A model generated the notes under the pieces. It was given only the letters and a program-made list of their open reading frames with translations. It was not told the origin of the DNA and made no database searches. From Planctomycetota bacterium (GTDB lineage: Bacteria > Planctomycetota > Planctomycetia > Pirellulales > UBA1268): a DNA stretch of 51,654 bases. The position numbers were made by a program, and so were the translations under genes. Positions 19,347 through 29,700 of this stretch are shown one piece after another; the first letter of the stretch is position 1; each line of letters starts with the position of its first letter. Where the stretch lies: the NCBI GenBank assembly GCA_046046235.1, contig JBJOKF010000178.1, forward strand, positions 1 to 51,654, given 5' to 3'.

Positions 19347-19886
19347 TCAGGCCTCCAGCACGAGCCGGCGGACGGCCTGAAACAGCGGGTGTTCGGCCGA
19401 CCGGCACCATTCGAAGAGCACCGCCTCGGTCGTGGTGGGAATCGCGCCCGAGGCCGTGAGACGTTCGATCGCCGTGTCATGGTCGATACGGTGCCGCGAG
19501 ACGACCGCGTCGACCGCCACGAAGACGGTCCAGCCGCGGGCGAGCAGGTCGAGCGCCGTCTGAAGGACGCAGACGTGTGTCTCCAGACCGCACAGCACCG
19601 CCGTCTCGACGTCGGATGGCAGCGATGCGACGAACTCGTCACAGCCCAGGCAACTGAACGCCATCTTGGTCACGGCTGGCGGCAGCTTGGCGGCCAGGGA
19701 GGACGGCGTGGGCCCGAGACCTTTCGGGTATTGCTCGGTGAGGATGGCGCGGACGCCGAGCAGGCCGGCGGCACTCGCCAGCCGCGTCGCCCGGTCGACC
19801 ACCTGGCCGCCGTCGGGCATGGCGGCGAGGAGCCGCTCCTGGATGTCGACGACGCACAGCAGGGACGTGGCGGGATCGAGCCGCAT
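19347..19886 (-). CDS. Isochorismatase-family hydrolase
   Basis: VVDIQERL, TEQYPKGLGPT, KMAFSC, GLETHVCVLQT. Confidence 0.93.
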   Translation of the reverse strand: MRLDPATSLLCVVDIQERLLAAMPDGGQVVDRATRLASAAGLLGVRAILTEQYPKGLGPTPSSLAAKLPPAVTKMAFSCLGCDEFVASLPSDVETAVLCGLETHVCVLQTALDLLARGWTVFVAVDAVVSRHRIDHDTAIERLTASGAIPTTTEAVLFEWCRSAEHPLFQAVRRLVLEA

Positions 19887-19922
19887 GGCAATGCTCCGCA
19901 GGGGACCGAACGAAGACGGGCA

Positions 19923-20441
19923 TCATACCGCGTCGGTCGCGGGATCCGTGGCCCCGAGACCTGCGAGCGCGAAGCCGCCCCGCGGCATGAACGAGAGGGT
20001 GCGGCCGGTCTCGGAGTCGATGCCGATCGTCAGGTCGAGACGGTCCGGCGGCAGTGCGGCCGCCGCCCGTTCGGGCCACTCGACGAACACCCAGACCGGC
20101 CCGGCCGTCGCCTCGTCCCAGCCGATCTCCTCGAGGTCGGCGGCGCCGGAGAGCCGGTAGAGATCGGCGTGCACCAACCGCCGCGGCCCGCCCTCCCGGG
20201 GCGGAACGGCGTGGACGTGGATCAGGCCGAACGTCGGACTGACGACCTCGGCCGGATCGAGGCCGACCGCCGCGGCGACCGCCTTCACGAGCGTCGTCTT
20301 GCCCGCCCCCAAGTCTCCGGAGAGCGCGATGAAGGCGCGGGCCGGCAGCGCCGCCGCGAGCCGGGCCGCGAGCGGCGCGACCGCCGCCTCGTCGCGGATC
20401 CGGATCGTCGTCGCGCCGGGGAGATCAGCCGCCGAAGTCAT
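19923..20441 (-). CDS. tsaE: tRNA threonylcarbamoyladenosine biosynthesis ATPase
   Basis: GDLGAGKTT, SPTF, HADLYRL, VEWPE. Confidence 0.95.
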   Translation of the reverse strand: MTSAADLPGATTIRIRDEAAVAPLAARLAAALPARAFIALSGDLGAGKTTLVKAVAAAVGLDPAEVVSPTFGLIHVHAVPPREGGPRRLVHADLYRLSGAADLEEIGWDEATAGPVWVFVEWPERAAAALPPDRLDLTIGIDSETGRTLSFMPRGGFALAGLGATDPATDAV

Positions 20442-21366
20442 GGACAAACCCCTGCGGCTCGAGCGGCCGCCGGCCTCCGGCCGCATCGACGGCGACGAGG
20501 CCCGGTTCGGCGACGACCTCCCCGATGATCGCGGCGGTCAGGGAGAAAGGCGGGCTCGGCGCCGCGGCCACGAGCGCCCGGGCGTCGGTCGGCGGCAGGG
20601 CGAGGATCAGTTCGAAGTCCTCGCCGTCGACGAGGGCGTGGTCGAGCGGCGACCGGGTGTCGCCCGGGCGGGCGGCCATGCGGACGGCGTCGTCGTGGAT
20701 CGGCACGTCGGTCAATCGCACCACGGCGCCGGCCCGGCTGGCGGCGAGCAGTCGCGAGAGGTCGAGCGACAGGCCGTCGCTGATGTCGATGGCGGCGTGC
20801 ACGGTGAACCGTTCGGCGATCGCCAGCGCCTCGCGGCAGCGGGGCCGCACGGCCAGATGGCGGCCGAGCAGGCTGCCGCCGCAGGGGCCGGTGACGACGA
20901 GCAGGTCGCCGGGCCGCGCGCCGTCGCGCCGCCAGGCGCGACCCGGGGGCACGCTGCCCAGCGCCGTCACGCTCACCACCAGCGGGCCATCCCAGGCGTT
21001 GGTGTCGCCGCCGGCCAGCGCGCAGCCATGCGCCGCGCAGATCGCCTCGATGCCCTCGAGGAGGCCGCGGGCGATCGTGTCGCCGTTTGTCCGCGGCAGG
21101 CAGACGGCCACGAACACCGCCTCGGGCCTGGCGGCCATCGCCGCCAGGTCGCTCAGGCTGACGGCGACCGACTTGTGGCCGACGGCCTGCGGCGGGCAGT
21201 CGGGGCCGAGCACGAAGTCGACGCCCTCGGTGAGCATGTCGACCGTGACGACGGTCCGGCGCATGGCCGGCGGCCGCAGCACCGCGGCGTCGTCGCCCGG
21301 CGGCACCTCGAGCCGTGGATCGGCCGGCATGCGGGCGACGAGGCTGGCGACGAAATCGGTTTCCAC
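20425..21366 (-). CDS. thiL: Thiamine-monophosphate kinase
   Basis: GDDAA, SDLAAMAA.P, GGDT, DISDGL, GEDFEL; GTG start inferred. Confidence 0.95.
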   Translation of the reverse strand: METDFVASLVARMPADPRLEVPPGDDAAVLRPPAMRRTVVTVDMLTEGVDFVLGPDCPPQAVGHKSVAVSLSDLAAMAARPEAVFVAVCLPRTNGDTIARGLLEGIEAICAAHGCALAGGDTNAWDGPLVVSVTALGSVPPGRAWRRDGARPGDLLVVTGPCGGSLLGRHLAVRPRCREALAIAERFTVHAAIDISDGLSLDLSRLLAASRAGAVVRLTDVPIHDDAVRMAARPGDTRSPLDHALVDGEDFELILALPPTDARALVAAAPSPPFSLTAAIIGEVVAEPGLVAVDAAGGRRPLEPQGFVHDFGG

Positions 21367-21496
21367 GCGGCAAGTGTAGGCGGCCGATCGCGCGCCGTCA
21401 TGGAGGGGCGGCGGGCAACGCGTTTTCAACGTGTCGAATCCGGCCTGGATCGTGTGATGGCTGGCCGAACGAGCCCGCGACTGGAACAATGCCCGT

Positions 21497-22711
21497 ATGA
21501 AGCTCGGACTGCTCGGTATCGACGCCCGGATCGCGGAAGTGGTGGCCGCCGCCATCGGCCGCGGCGACACGCTCGTCGTCGCCTGCGATCTGCCCGTGGA
21601 CGGTTCCCTTGCCGCCGTCGTGCCCACGACCGTCCCACGGACGGCCGTCTGGCAGGATCTGCTCGATCCGCAGGCGTGTGACGCCGTGCTCGTCGGCCGC
21701 GACGGTTGGAGCGAGTCCCGCGCCGACGCGGTGCGGGCGCTCGTGCAGGCCGGACGCACGCTGCTCGTCGGCCATCCGCCCTGCCTGTCGATGCTCTGGG
21801 CCTACGAGCTCGACATGATCCGCGGCGATGTGGGCGGGCGGCTGCTCCCCTGCCTGCCCGACCGGCTCCATCCCTTCATCCACCGGCTCCAGGAGGCGAT
21901 TCGGGCCGGGCTCGCCGGCGCCGCGCCGGCTGGCCCCGTCGAGACGATCTCGATGGAGCGGCGGCTGGCCGACCGCTCCCGCGAGCGGGTGCTCGATGCG
22001 CTCGCTGCGGATGTCGACCTGGTGCGGGTCTTGGTGGGCGAGCCCTCCCGGCTTTCGACGCTCGGCGGGGCCGAAGGCGAGTCAGCATGGGGCGCGCTCG
22101 CCGTCGGCTTCTCCGGCCCCGCGCAGGTGCCCGTTCGCTGGCAGGTCGCCCGCGGCGGTGAGCCCGGGCTGTCGATCAGCCTCGTGCACGCGCAGGGCCA
22201 TTGCTCGGTCACGATTCCCGACGACTCCCGTCTCCCCTGGACCTGGTCCGGTCCGGAGCCCGCCACCGCCACGTTCGATCGCGGGGCGACGCTGCTCGAC
22301 CTGCTCCACGGTGTCGCACCGGGCTCCGACCCGGCGCCTGCCGCCTGGTCCGATGCCGCGCGGGCCATCGAGCTGACGGAGACCGTGCCGCGGAGCCTCG
22401 CCAAGGGGCGTTCGATCGAGCTGCACCAGGAGGAGTTTTCCGAGCTGGGCACATTCCGCGGCACGATGGCCTCGCTGGGCTGCGGCCTCGTGCTCGCGGC
22501 GCTCTTCGTGCTGGTCTTGGCCACGCTCGTTGGCGGCATCGCGCGAGAGTCGGGCTGGGCCTGGGGCGAGCGGCTCGCGGGCATCTGGCCGCAAGTTGTG
22601 CTCGCGGTGCTCGGGCTCTTTCTGGCGATGCAGCTCCTGCCCCTGCTCGTCGGCGATGCGACTCCCCGCTCTCGCGAGGGGGCGCCGGGGGGCCGCCGCC
22701 GGGACGAGTGA
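21497..22711 (+). CDS. Degenerate Gfo/Idh/MocA-like protein with two C-terminal TM helices
   Basis: Rossmann-like order (MKLGLLG, WQDLL...DAVLV, ALVQAGRTLLVGHP, D.D.VR.L.G, DAARAIEL) followed by two hydrophobic segments. Confidence 0.65.
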   Translation: MKLGLLGIDARIAEVVAAAIGRGDTLVVACDLPVDGSLAAVVPTTVPRTAVWQDLLDPQACDAVLVGRDGWSESRADAVRALVQAGRTLLVGHPPCLSMLWAYELDMIRGDVGGRLLPCLPDRLHPFIHRLQEAIRAGLAGAAPAGPVETISMERRLADRSRERVLDALAADVDLVRVLVGEPSRLSTLGGAEGESAWGALAVGFSGPAQVPVRWQVARGGEPGLSISLVHAQGHCSVTIPDDSRLPWTWSGPEPATATFDRGATLLDLLHGVAPGSDPAPAAWSDAARAIELTETVPRSLAKGRSIELHQEEFSELGTFRGTMASLGCGLVLAALFVLVLATLVGGIARESGWAWGERLAGIWPQVVLAVLGLFLAMQLLPLLVGDATPRSREGAPGGRRRDE

Positions 22712-22964
22712 TTGTTGAGGAATTCCGGCCGCCGCCGCACGGCCCGTCGGCTCGCGCACCGACTGCCTGCTTCCGCCCGCGGGCCGGCCTCCGACTGGGA
22801 AAACTGTGCCGGCGGCCGGCAGGCCGCTGGACCACCGGCCGCGACCTTCCGATCCACAGGGCAGGGTGTGGGATGGGCTCGACGCGGGCCTGTTGCTCAC
22901 CGCCCGGCCCGGCAGTCGCCCTCCAGGATGGCGGGCCGGCCAGTGATTCGGGAGCCGTTCGTTC

Positions 22965-24278
22965 ATGCGTCGTCCGTGGACTCTCCTTCCGCTCGTGGCG
23001 CTCGTCGCACTGGCCACGGCGGCGTCGCCGGCCGCGGCGGTGGAGGGGCGGCGAACCGCGATCGTGCGGGCCATCGAGTCGCAGCGCGACAGCGTCGTCA
23101 ACATCCACGGTCAGAAGCTCGTCCCGAATCCCGACGACGAGTCAGCCGGTGAACTGAAGCGGGTCAACGGCATGGGCACGGGGGTGATCATCGACCCCCG
23201 GGGCTACGTCGTCACGAACTACCACGTGGTCGAGGGCGTCCGCCGGATCGAGGTCACGCTCGCCTCCGGCAAGACCACGTCCGCGACGCTCGTTTCCCAC
23301 GATCCCCGCACCGACCTCGCGGTGATCAAGATCCAGTCCGACGCTCCGCTACCGGTGATCACGATCGGGACGTCGTCCGATCTCATGATCGGGGAGACGG
23401 TGCTCGCCCTCGGCAATGCCTACGGCTACGAGCACACGGTCACCCGCGGCATCATCTCCGCCCTGCATCGGGACGTCGAGGTGAGCCGCACGCAGCGATA
23501 CGACAACCTCATCCAAACCGACGCCAGCATCAACCCGGGCAACTCCGGCGGTCCGCTGCTGAACATCAACGGTGAGATGATCGGCATCAACGTGGCGGTG
23601 CGCGCCGGGGCGCAGGGGATCGGCTTCGCGATTCCCGTCGACCGGGTGCTCGAGGTCGTGGCGGAGCTGCTGTCGGTGGAGCGGGTCGATCGCACCTGGC
23701 ATGGCATCGTGGCCCGCAACGACGGGCCGCGAGGCGTGATCGTCGAGGCGGTCCACCGGCAGAGCCCGGCGGAGACCGTCGGCGTACGTGCAGGCGATGT
23801 CATCACGCAGATCGGCGAGATGCCCGTGTCGCGGCCACTCGACATCGAGCGCGGCCTGCTCGGCCGGCGGGCCGGCGAGAGCGTGGCGCTGATCGTGATG
23901 CGGTCCGGCGCGGAGGAGAAGCTCGACCTGTCGCTGGCGGCCCGCCGCGACAGCCTGTCACTCGAGGAACGGTGCTGGAAAGAGATCGGCCTCAGGCTCG
24001 AACCGATGGCCGCTGCGAAGGTGCAGCGGCTTCAATCGCGGTATCGGGGCGGCCTGCTCGTCACCGATGTCCGCGAGGGCGGGCCGGCCCACGAGCAGGG
24101 CATCCGCCAGGGCGACATCCTGGTCGGCCTGCATGTCTGGGAGACGATCCTGCCCGACAACGTCTCCTACATCCTCGACAAAGCCGAGGAGGAGCACTTG
24201 AACCCGATCAAGTTCTACGTGCTCCGCGGCCGCGAGACGCTCTTCGGGCACATCGTCTCCGAGACGATCCGCCGCTGA
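22965..24278 (+). CDS. HtrA/DegP-family serine protease, signal peptide, two PDZ domains
   Basis: TNYHVV, DLAV, QTDASINPGNSGGPL. Confidence 0.95.
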   Translation: MRRPWTLLPLVALVALATAASPAAAVEGRRTAIVRAIESQRDSVVNIHGQKLVPNPDDESAGELKRVNGMGTGVIIDPRGYVVTNYHVVEGVRRIEVTLASGKTTSATLVSHDPRTDLAVIKIQSDAPLPVITIGTSSDLMIGETVLALGNAYGYEHTVTRGIISALHRDVEVSRTQRYDNLIQTDASINPGNSGGPLLNINGEMIGINVAVRAGAQGIGFAIPVDRVLEVVAELLSVERVDRTWHGIVARNDGPRGVIVEAVHRQSPAETVGVRAGDVITQIGEMPVSRPLDIERGLLGRRAGESVALIVMRSGAEEKLDLSLAARRDSLSLEERCWKEIGLRLEPMAAAKVQRLQSRYRGGLLVTDVREGGPAHEQGIRQGDILVGLHVWETILPDNVSYILDKAEEEHLNPIKFYVLRGRETLFGHIVSETIRR

Positions 24279-24369
24279 CGCCCGCGAACGCACAACGCGG
24301 GCTCGGGTGGTCCCACGGAAACCGACGGTCGGCTAGCACGAAGGGGCAGCCGTCGGGTATACGAGGGAC

Positions 24370-25596
24370 ATGCGTGCCGAAGTCATCGCCATCGGGGACG
24401 AACTGACCACGGGCCAGCGGCTCGACACCAACAGCCAGTGGCTGTCGGCCGAGTTGGGCCTGCTCGGCATCCCCGTCCACTTCCACACCACCGTCTGCGA
24501 CACGGTCGAGGACGGCGTCGAGGCCTTTCGCATTGCGGTCGACCGCGCCGACGTCGTCGTGGCGACCGGGGGCCTCGGGCCGACGGCCGACGACCTCACC
24601 CGCGACGTGATCGCCGCCGTGGCCGGCGTGGATCTCGAGCTGTCGCCGACGGCGCTTCGCGCGGTAGAGTCGCGGTTCGCGCGGCGGGGCGTGGCGATGC
24701 CGGAGAGCAACCGCCGGCAGGCCGTCTTTCCGCGTGGCACCCGCATCATTCCCAATCCCGACGGCACGGCGCCCGGGATCGACCTCGACATCCGTCGGGC
24801 CGACGGACGCACGTCGCGGGTCATCGCGCTGCCGGGCGTGCCGGCGGAGATGCGGACGATGTGGCACGGCACGGTGGCTCCGGCCCTGGCGGCGGTCCTG
24901 CCGGAGGCGGGCGTCTTCGTCCATCGGCGGATCAAGTGCTTCGGGGCCGGCGAGAGCGCGGTCGAGGCGCTCCTGCCCGACATGATCCGCCGCGGCCGCG
25001 ACCCGCTCGTCGGGATCACGGCGCACGAGGCCACGATCACGCTGCGGATCGTCGCCCGCGGCCTCGACGAGGCGGAATGCCGGGCGAAAATCGCCCCTAC
25101 GGAGCGAACGATCCGGGAGTGCCTCGGCGGCCTGGTGTACGGCGTGGAGGACGACGAGGTGGAGGACGCCGCACTGCGGGCGATCGCCGCCGCCGGCGAG
25201 TCGCTGGCCACGCTCGAGATCGCCACGCAGGGCCGCCTGGCGGCGGGGCTCGCGCGGGCCGCGGCCCGGTGGCAGGCCGAGCCGGTCCAGCCCGGGGCTG
25301 CGCCGGGGGGCTTTGTGGGCGGTGGCGTCGAGACGGCCGGCGTCAGCGCCGCCGTCGAGCTGCTCGCCGAGCGGGTGCGGGCCGAACGTGGGGCGTCGCT
25401 GGGGCTCGCCATCGGCCCGGTCCGGCCCGGCCCCGAGGGCCGGAGCGTCGTCGACATCGCCCTGGTGGGCGGCGGGCGGGTGGAGCGGATCGAGCATATG
25501 CTGGGGGGAGGTCCTGAAATCGCCGTTTCGCGGGCCGCCAAGACCGCCGTGGATCTGGTCCGCCGACGTCTCGCCGGCCGCAACGACACCCCATGA
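24370..25596 (+). CDS. cinA: CinA-family protein (MoCF-binding domain intact, C-terminal PncC domain degenerate)
   Basis: IGDELTTG...DTN, GGLGPTADDLT, N.RQA, GTAPG, LPGVPAEM, GESA. Confidence 0.9.
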   Translation: MRAEVIAIGDELTTGQRLDTNSQWLSAELGLLGIPVHFHTTVCDTVEDGVEAFRIAVDRADVVVATGGLGPTADDLTRDVIAAVAGVDLELSPTALRAVESRFARRGVAMPESNRRQAVFPRGTRIIPNPDGTAPGIDLDIRRADGRTSRVIALPGVPAEMRTMWHGTVAPALAAVLPEAGVFVHRRIKCFGAGESAVEALLPDMIRRGRDPLVGITAHEATITLRIVARGLDEAECRAKIAPTERTIRECLGGLVYGVEDDEVEDAALRAIAAAGESLATLEIATQGRLAAGLARAAARWQAEPVQPGAAPGGFVGGGVETAGVSAAVELLAERVRAERGASLGLAIGPVRPGPEGRSVVDIALVGGGRVERIEHMLGGGPEIAVSRAAKTAVDLVRRRLAGRNDTP

Positions 25597-26732
25597 ACTC
25601 CGCCGGCTCTTCCGAGGACAGGTCCGGCTCGTCACGGTCTTCCGATCGGCGCACGCTGATCCTGTTCGCCGGTTTCGTCACGCTCGTGGGTCTGATCGTC
25701 TGGCCGTCGCTGGCCGGACGCGTGCAGTATGCGAAGACCCGCGCCGAGCTGGCGGCCATCCGCGACGCGGCGGCGGGAGCCGAACTGCGGTCGGTGGGCA
25801 AGCTCTTCACGACGCTCGCGCGGGTCATCGGCCCGGCGGTGGTGAACGTCACGAGCAAGCGCCGGTTGCGGTCGCTCGCCGACGAAATCGCTTCCCTGCG
25901 GGGCGAGTCGCAGGGGGGGGCGACGGACGAGTCGGTGGGGTCGGGCGTGGTCGTCGAGGCGGACGGCCTGATCATCACGAACTACCACGTGGTCGCGCGG
26001 AGCGACCAGATCGACGTCGCCCTGGCCGATGGCCGGCGGTTCGAGGCCGCGCTCGTGGGGGCCGACGCAGCCACCGATCTCGCGGTGCTGCGGATCGACG
26101 CCACCGGTTTGCCGACGGCGGAGTGGGGCGACAGCGACTCCATCGAGGTCGGGGAGATGGTGTGGGCCATCGGCAACCCCTTCGGGCTCGACCGCACGAT
26201 CACCTACGGCATCGTCAGCGCCGTGGGCCGCCGCGGCGTCGTCGACAATCCATTTCAGGAGTTCCTCCAGACCGACGCGTCGATCAATCCGGGCAACTCG
26301 GGCGGGCCGCTCGTCGACGTGCATGGCCACGTCGTGGGCATCACGACCGCGATTGTCGGCAAGGGGTTTCGGGGGATCGGCTTCGCCATCCCGAGCAACA
26401 CCGCCCGCCGGGTCTGCGAGGAGATCCGCACGACGGGCCACGTCGAACGCGGCTATCTGGGGATGGCCCTGCGGGAGCTGCCGGGAGGGGCCGCGGCGGC
26501 TCCGGGGGCGGTCGTGGCGGCGATCGAACCCGGCTCGCCGGCGGCGGCGGCGGGCGTGCGGCCGGGCGACGTCGTCCTCTCCTTCGACGGCGAGCCGATT
26601 ATGGAGCCGGCCGCATTCGTGCTGCTCCTGACGCGGGCGCCGGTCGGCACCGAGGCGTTGCTCGGGATCATGCGCGACGGCGAGCCGCTGACGCTCACCG
26701 TGAAGGTGGGGCGGCGGCCGCATGACACATGA
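25593..26732 (+). CDS. Membrane-anchored HtrA/DegS-like serine protease, one PDZ domain
   Basis: N-terminal TM; GSGV, TNYHVV, QTDASINPGNSGGPL; ATGA-coupled to cinA. Confidence 0.94.
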   Translation: MNSAGSSEDRSGSSRSSDRRTLILFAGFVTLVGLIVWPSLAGRVQYAKTRAELAAIRDAAAGAELRSVGKLFTTLARVIGPAVVNVTSKRRLRSLADEIASLRGESQGGATDESVGSGVVVEADGLIITNYHVVARSDQIDVALADGRRFEAALVGADAATDLAVLRIDATGLPTAEWGDSDSIEVGEMVWAIGNPFGLDRTITYGIVSAVGRRGVVDNPFQEFLQTDASINPGNSGGPLVDVHGHVVGITTAIVGKGFRGIGFAIPSNTARRVCEEIRTTGHVERGYLGMALRELPGGAAAAPGAVVAAIEPGSPAAAAGVRPGDVVLSFDGEPIMEPAAFVLLLTRAPVGTEALLGIMRDGEPLTLTVKVGRRPHDT

Positions 26733-26756
26733 TCGGGGAAGAGCGCAGGCCGCGGA

Positions 26757-29700
26757 TCAGCCGGCCGCGCCGCCTTCGCCGGACGGCTTCTCCTCGGCCG
26801 TCGGTTCGTCGAGCATCTTGGCGAAGTTGAAGTCGTCGTCGCCGAAGCCGCCCTTGAAGGAGAAGCCGAAGTCGCCGCCGGCCGGCTCGGGCTTGGGGGC
26901 CGCTGCCGCCGCGTCCCGCGGCGCGGCCGGCCGCTCCACGGCCGTGCCCTGCGGCCTGGCTTTCAGCGCCGCAGAAACGCCGGCCAGCCAGTCGCCGGCC
27001 GGGAAGGCGTAGGGACGGAACTTCTCGAGCGTGCCCGTCTCCTCGTGGATGAAGAGGGCCCGTTGGGGCCCGAGCTTCACCGCGGCGGGGCTGTCGACGA
27101 GCTGGCTCGAGTCGGAGCCGCTCATCTGGAAGAGCACCCGCAGCTCGAACTCCTTGAGCGTGCCACGGTCGAACGTGCGCTGGAGGTTGGTGAGCGAGTC
27201 GCACCAGATCAGCAGGTGCACGCCGACTCCCGGGCCGTCCTTGAGGAGCGTGACGAGGTTCTGCGCCGGCGTCGCCTTCTGCTCGCCGCCCAGGGCGGAG
27301 TAGCCGAAGTCGTTCTCGTCGCGCCGCAGCTCGCGGAAGCGGCCCAGGTCGCGGATGATCACGAAGACCGCCTCGCCGTCGAGCACCTGCTCGTCGATGC
27401 GGCGGCGGACCTCCGCGGCCAGGCGGGCCATGGCGTCTCCGACGCCGAGCCGGCCGACCAGTTCCGTCTCGTGGGGCAGGGCCGGCGCCAGCTTCGCGAG
27501 CATGATGTCGGGCTTTTCCTCGGCGATCGCCGGCTCGAGCACGACGAACCGGCCCGGCCGGCCGAGCGCGCCGCCCGGGTGCGGGTCGTGAGCGGCCGCC
27601 AGGCTCACCAGCGCCATCGCCAGCAGGCTCACGCCGAGATCCTCGCGCTGGCCGACGATGAGCAGATTGGCCCCGCCTTGCCGGCGGAAGATCGCGGCCG
27701 TCGGATCCTTGATGGCGATGGCGTCGCCGAGCCAGGCCAGGGGCGCCAGCAGCGGCTTGCCGGAGACGGTGCCCGACGTCAGCAGCTCCGAGAGCAGCGC
27801 GTTGCCCGCGGGATCGGCCGCCTCGTTGCCGTCGAACACGATCCGGGGCAGCGGCGGGATGTCGGTGCGCCGGTCGGCGAGCTGCCGCAGCGCCCCGAGA
27901 TAGCGCTCGCGCCGCTCCTCATTCAAGAACACCACCTGGAACGGGCTGTTCCCGGCGACCATGCCGTTGGCGTCGTTGTAAATGGCCTCGCCGGGCCGTG
28001 TCAGCAGCCGGGCCGCGGTGTTCTCCTCGCTGAGAATCAGGCTCGAATCGGCCTCGTTGCACTGCAGCGCCACCCGCACGGCCATCTGCCCCATCGTGGC
28101 CCGCGGCAGGCTGTAGGAGCCGCCGAGGGTCTGCGAACCGAGGATCACGTGCATGCCGAACGCCCGGCCCTGCCGCACGAGGCGGTCGAGAATGAGCGAC
28201 GCGTCCTGGGCGATCTTGTCGTCCTCGACGAAGATCTCCTGAAACTCGTCGATCACCAGCAGGATCCGCGGCATCGGCTCGCCCGTCCCGGCCGCGCGGA
28301 AGCCCGCCACGTCCTGGACGGCATGCTCGCGGAAGAGATCACCGCGCCGCTTCAGCTCACGATCGAGCTGCTCGAGCACCGACAAGCCGAATTCCCGCTC
28401 GCTCTCGATGGCGATCACCCTGGCATGCGGCAGCTTGTAGTGGTCGTAGAGCTTGAACTCGACACCCTTCTTGAAGTCGATCAAGTAGAACTGGATCTCG
28501 TGCGGGCTGTAGTTGAGCGCGAGGCTCGTGATCAGCGCGTGCATGAGGGTCGACTTGCCGGAGCCCGTCTTGCCGGCGATCAATGCGTGCTGGCTCGTGC
28601 CCTTGCCGAGCCGGAAATACTGCAGCTTCTTGGCGCCGGCGGGCCCCAGGGGAGCGAGCACCTCGCCGGCGGTGCTCCCGGTCCACCATTCCTCCTCCTT
28701 GGGCGCGACCCGGTCGAAGGGCACCTCCACCCGCTTGGCGGCCTTCGCCGCCTTGCCCACCCGCTGGATGATCCGGGTGAAGACCTCGTCGCTCGGCGGC
28801 TGCTCCACCGTCAGCGGCCACTTGCCGAACTCGGGATCGCTCCAGGTGAAGACGCCGTCCTTGAGCGTGAGCACGGTGGCGTGCTTCTCGAGGTCGCCGA
28901 GCGAGAAGTTCGCCGGCAGTGTCTGGGAGGCGTCGACCGAGACGATCGTGTAGACGCCACAGCGGGCGCCCGAGGCGGCGATGCTCGCCAACCGCCGGGC
29001 GCTCGTCTCGGTGAAGTTGGCCGGGAAGTTCGCCACGACCACGAAGCGATAAGGTTCCGGCACCTCGGCCGCCGCGTTGTAGGCCCCGATCGATTCATAC
29101 TCGTTACGGAGATACTTCTGGATCACGAGTTCGATCTGCTCGGTGATGTCGGCGAGGCACTGCTCGATCTGCGGCGGCTCGGTCCAGATCCGGCTGGTGA
29201 CGAGCAGCTCGTCGTAGTCGGCGAGGTGCATGAAGCCGGCGAACTGCTTGCCGAGGCCGAGCGCGTCGATGATCGTGAAGCGCGCCTGCCCGGCCGGGAC
29301 GCCCGAGGCGATCCGCAGCATGAGCCCCTGCATCATCTCGGAGGAGGTCTCCTTCTGGTCGGCCGACGTCTTCACGAGCACCGACGCGGCGACCGGGAAG
29401 GGGAGCGTGGCCGGCTGCCGCCAGGCGGTGGGGCCGAAGGCGTTGAGTTCGGGGCGGGCGGAGAGCCCGCCGGGCACCTTCTCGAGCGAGAGCGCGAGCC
29501 CGCCAAAGCGCAGGCCGGGGGGCGCCACGCCCGGCAGCGGCACGTCGTCGCGCTCGAGGTCGCTCCACGGCCTGAAGGCCTCGGCGTCGAGGCGGGAGGC
29601 TTCGTCATAGACCGCCCCCGTCTCCGTGCGGGCCGCCTTCCAGACCGACGTCATCTCGGCCCAGCGGTCGTCGCGGCGGCGGTCCGCCGCCGCGAGCCGC

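Noticed and set aside
21367-21496. TPP riboswitch upstream of thiL
   Set aside because: No CTGAGA or other TPP aptamer core in the short divergent gap.
22965-26732. HtrA proteases as MycP-equivalents of the T7-like system
   Set aside because: Opposite strand, trypsin rather than subtilisin fold, and in a run with cinA; adjacency alone is insufficient.
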